Assembly (NCBI GenBank): GCA_963705255.1
Contig: OY970061.1
Span: 544,001 to 608,000, forward strand
Direction of reading: 5' to 3'
DNA length: 64,000 nucleotides
Source of the DNA: an uncultured Methanoregulaceae archaeon
GTDB taxonomy: Archaea; Halobacteriota; Methanomicrobia; Methanomicrobiales; Methanospirillaceae
Part shown: positions 60,947-64,000 of the stretch, piece by piece
How positions within the stretch are numbered: the stretch's first letter is position 1
How the letters are laid out: each line of letters opens with the position of its first letter
Notes under the pieces: model-generated
Seen by the model: only the letters and a program-made list of their open reading frames with translations
Databases searched by the model: none
Told to the model about the DNA's origin: nothing
Position numbers and translations under genes: made by a program

Positions 60947-62232
60947 TGGCGCAGCAGGATAGCGCGAACAGCTCCGCGATGGCAGGAGACCTCGTGATCC
61001 TCCTCTCCGATATCCTGAATGTCCCTGTCCTGCGTTCCGGGAAAAAAATCGGTTTGCTCACCGATCTGGTGATCGCAGAGACCGCGAAGATCCCTGAAGT
61101 GCGGTCCCTGTACGTCTCCCGGTCGTTCGGCAACCCGAGCCTTCTCATCCCGTGGGAGAATGTCCACACCCTCACCGGGAGAGGGATCGAGGTCATCATC
61201 AGCGACCTCAAGCCCTATGAGGCGGAACCAGCCGAGGATGTCATCCTCCTCCGCGACTACGTACTCGACAAGAAGGTCATCGATCTCGAGGAGAACGAGG
61301 TGGAGGTGGTGTACGACATCCGGCTCGTCCTCCGGAACAAGAAACTCTATGTCACCGATGTCGATACCGGGAAGGCAGCCCGTCTCCGCAGGCTCGGGTT
61401 CGGGTTCCTCGCGAAAGTTCTCTATTCCTCTGTTGATCCCGAGGCAGAGCAGATGATCCCCTGGACATGCATCCAGCCGCTCCCGACCAACATCGGCCGG
61501 TTCAAGGGCAACGTCAAGCTGAATGTCCTAAAAGAGAATCTTTCGGAGATCCATCCCGTCGATCTCGCAGACATCCTCGAAGAGGTGGACCACGACCAGC
61601 GGGTCATGCTCTTCTCAACCCTCGATCACGAGCACGCGAGCGATACTCTCGAGGAGATCGAGCCGAAGGTGCAGCGCGAGATCATCTCCTCGCTGTCAAC
61701 GGAGAAGGTCGTCCAGCTCATCAACGATATGACCCCCGGTCAGGCGGCTGACATCCTCTCCGGCCTGCCGTCGGCGGAGGCCCATGTCATCCTTGACGCC
61801 ATGAACGCTGAGAGCGCACGGAAGGTCCAGGCTATCATCAACCGGCAGGAAGAGAAGGTCATCCACTATACCACCCAGAAGATCCTGAAATTCCCTCCGG
61901 ACACGACCGTCGAGTATGTCCAGAATGACTACCCTCGCCATGCCCGGGACAAAGATGTTATCATGTACATCTACGTTGTCGACGAGAACGATCGCCTGAT
62001 CGGCGTCATCGATTTAAAGGAGCTCCTGCAGGCCGATGACAAGGCATTCCTCCGGGACGTCATGGTCGAGAACGTGATCAGCCTCCCGACCGGGAGCACT
62101 CTCAAGGAAGGTGCACAGGAATTTGCGCGGTACGGGTTCCGTGCCCTGCCGGTTGTCGACGAGGAGAACCGTCTCGTTGGTGTAATCCCGTACCGGGACG
62201 TCATGAACCTGACCCATCACTTTGTCGAGTGA
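60943..62232 (+). CDS. Soluble MgtE-like regulatory protein (PRC-barrel-like + MgtE N-domain + CBS pair, no TM)
   Basis: HPVDLADILEE MgtE_N motif, YIYVVD...L.GVI.LKELL and ALPVVD CBS motifs. Confidence 0.85.
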   Translation: MMAQQDSANSSAMAGDLVILLSDILNVPVLRSGKKIGLLTDLVIAETAKIPEVRSLYVSRSFGNPSLLIPWENVHTLTGRGIEVIISDLKPYEAEPAEDVILLRDYVLDKKVIDLEENEVEVVYDIRLVLRNKKLYVTDVDTGKAARLRRLGFGFLAKVLYSSVDPEAEQMIPWTCIQPLPTNIGRFKGNVKLNVLKENLSEIHPVDLADILEEVDHDQRVMLFSTLDHEHASDTLEEIEPKVQREIISSLSTEKVVQLINDMTPGQAADILSGLPSAEAHVILDAMNAESARKVQAIINRQEEKVIHYTTQKILKFPPDTTVEYVQNDYPRHARDKDVIMYIYVVDENDRLIGVIDLKELLQADDKAFLRDVMVENVISLPTGSTLKEGAQEFARYGFRALPVVDEENRLVGVIPYRDVMNLTHHFVE

Positions 62233-62545
62233 GAGGTCATCAGACCTCGAAGTGGAGAAGATTTCCGAAGGAAATCTTCGACCAGCGAGAGGTCATCACA
62301 AGTCGAAGGTCGGCTGACGCCTCCCTTCTCCTCGTCGAGGTCTGACGACCTCTCCGAACTCGAAGAACGCTGATGCGTTCCATCGAAGAACCCTTCGGTT
62401 TCTTCTCCTGTCTCAAGTCTGATGACTTTCGACATTCTCCAGCCAGCCCTGCCCTTCGGGAACGGCATACTACGGCAAGTCGAAGAATGCTAATGCATTC
62501 TTCTCCATCCAGCCCTGCCCTGCGGGCACGGCAGGCTCCCCAAAG
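62231..62545. repeat. Dense array of REP-like hairpin modules
   Basis: GGAGAAG-stem-CTTCGA units at 62253-62281, 62303-62331, 62383-62408, 62480-62506; AGGTC-TGAY-GACCT units; two GCCC-TNC-GGG hairpins. Confidence 0.88.
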
Positions 62546-62596
62546 CAATAGTCTATCTGCCCGAAAATCTTACAGCTGGGACAGGAGATACAGGAC

Positions 62597-63379
62597 ATGA
62601 AAATTGCAACCGGCGGAAAGGGGGGTGTTGGCAAGACGTTCATAGCAGGCAGTCTTGCGGCATACTTTGCCGGTTCCAGGCGCCGGGTCATCGCAATTGA
62701 TGCCGATGCGTCTCCCAGACCTCGCGCTTACCCTTGGCCTGTCCGCTGATGAGGCCTCCCGTATTCTGCCGATAGCGGAGAACAAGGACCTGATCCAGCT
62801 GAAGACCGGCACCGGTTACTCCGGTGTATTCCGGCTCACATTCACGGTCGATGATATCATCGGCAGGTATGCAGTCCCGACACCGGCCGGAGTGAATCTT
62901 CTTGTCATGGGCACCGTAAAATCCATGGGAGGGGGGTGCACCTGCCCGGCCCATTCTGTAGTAAAGGCACTGATGCGCCATCTTGTGGTCGAGCGTGACG
63001 AGATTGTCATACTTGATATGGAAGCCGGGATCGAACACCTCGGCCGGGGTACTGCAGAGCATGTCGATATCCTCCTTGTTGTCAGCGACGCAAATAAAAG
63101 ATCACTGGATGTTGCAGCAACGATCTGCCGGCTTGCGAAGGAATCGGATATTCCCCGCATAGGCCTCGTGGGAAACAGAGTCTCCGATCCCCGCCATGAG
63201 ACCGCGATCCGGGATTTTGCCGGAAAGTACAGACCTCCCTGTTATTGCACTCATCCCTTTTGACCAGGTAATCGCAGAGCGCCGGTATCTCCGGTGAACC
63301 AATTGAACCATCGTCTTCTGTAGCACTTCAGGCAATCGGGGATCTCGCGCGAAATCTGGAGGGAAATTTCAATGAATGA
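62597..63379 (+). CDS. CooC/AcsF-type nickel-insertion ATPase; several indels (~62718, ~63230-63280)
   Basis: GKGGVGKT, IDAD, GGGCTCP, DMEAGIEHLGRG across frames. Confidence 0.8.
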
Positions 63380-63415
63380 CCTATCCCGATATCCGGCTTT
63401 GCAGGGAGGAGACTG

Positions 63416-64000
63416 ATGCAGACGATCGTCACCATGGGCCGCGGGGGGACCGGAAAGACCACGTTCGTGGCCCTGATGGCGAAGTACCTGACGGAGCAGG
63501 GATCGGTCCCGCTGCTCCTTGTCGATGCCGATCCCGACCAGAACCTTGCGGAGATGGTAGGGGTAGATCTTGAAACTTCCGGAAAAAAGACCATAGCTGA
63601 ACTGCTGACCGAGACATTCATCGCACGGGGTGGCACGACAATCGGCATTCCCCCGTCACGAAGGATCGAAAACCAGATCTGGGAGCAGGGACTCTATGAA
63701 GGAAAAAACTTTGATCTCATCTCGGTCGGCACCAAGTGGGTCGAGGGATGCTATTGCCTGCCGGATGCTGCACTCAAGAATGCCCTTGCCGCGATCACAC
63801 GCCAGTACCGCTACATCCTCATCGATTCCCCCGGGGGGCTCGAGCACCTCAACCGCAAGATTGCACGCGATGTTGATATCATATTTGACGTGATGGGGCC
63901 GTCCAGTAAGTCCTTTGCCCATGTACGGCGGGCTCACCGGGTCATCCAGGAAGTAGGGATAACCTTCAGGAGGTTCTACGTCGTCGGGGGGTACGGGTTC
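63416..64000 (+). CDS. Second CooC-like ATPase (runs off window end)
   Basis: Manual translation MQTIVTMGRGGTGKTT...LVDADPDQNL...EGCYC...IDSPGGLEHLNR. Confidence 0.85.
   Translation, partial: MQTIVTMGRGGTGKTTFVALMAKYLTEQGSVPLLLVDADPDQNLAEMVGVDLETSGKKTIAELLTETFIARGGTTIGIPPSRRIENQIWEQGLYEGKNFDLISVGTKWVEGCYCLPDAALKNALAAITRQYRYILIDSPGGLEHLNRKIARDVDIIFDVMGPSSKSFAHVRRAHRVIQEVGITFRRFYVVGGYGF

Noticed and set aside
62231-62545. CRISPR array interpretation of the hairpin clusters (also 47817-48030)
   Set aside because: No constant-length repeat alternating with unique spacers, mixed orientations, and no cas genes in the window.

Overview
Archaeal chromosomal segment from a hydrogenotrophic methanogen, most consistent with Methanomicrobiales (Methanoregula-like); the taxon is inferred from gene content only. 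It is mostly housekeeping: ppcA, a Zn/Mn ABC transporter with a DtxR-type regulator, cofE, Sec61beta, psmB-aCPSF1(FttA), moaA, rlmE, PCNA-priL, rps17e-dapA-dapB, tandem ferredoxins, asd-alba, cdrS-ftsZ, cobD-cobY, RaSEA, hypCAE, cfbA/E/D/B, ilvE, serS, an Nramp-related Mg2+ transport operon, two CooC-like ATPases, tRNA-Ser(UGA) and tRNA-Glu(UUC), plus three toxin-antitoxin loci (two damaged). The most unusual signal is non-coding: about 11 intergenic loci are mosaics of a small shared set of palindromic modules. One is a REP-like unit (GGAGAAG-stem-loop-CTTCGA, >=11 copies with covarying stems, often GNA or RTCA loops) that appears inserted at specific sites inside larger repeats. One pair of conserved arms flanks a 29-36 bp spacer at two loci but a 733-bp AT-rich cassette with an HNH-nuclease gene at a third, suggesting an archaeal REP/BIME-like system able to carry gene cargo. 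No transposase or integrase is in the window. Two candidate structured leader RNAs were also seen. Several conserved genes have single-base indels, mostly in homopolymers, that are probably sequencing errors. All assignments come from manual motif recognition; no database search was run.
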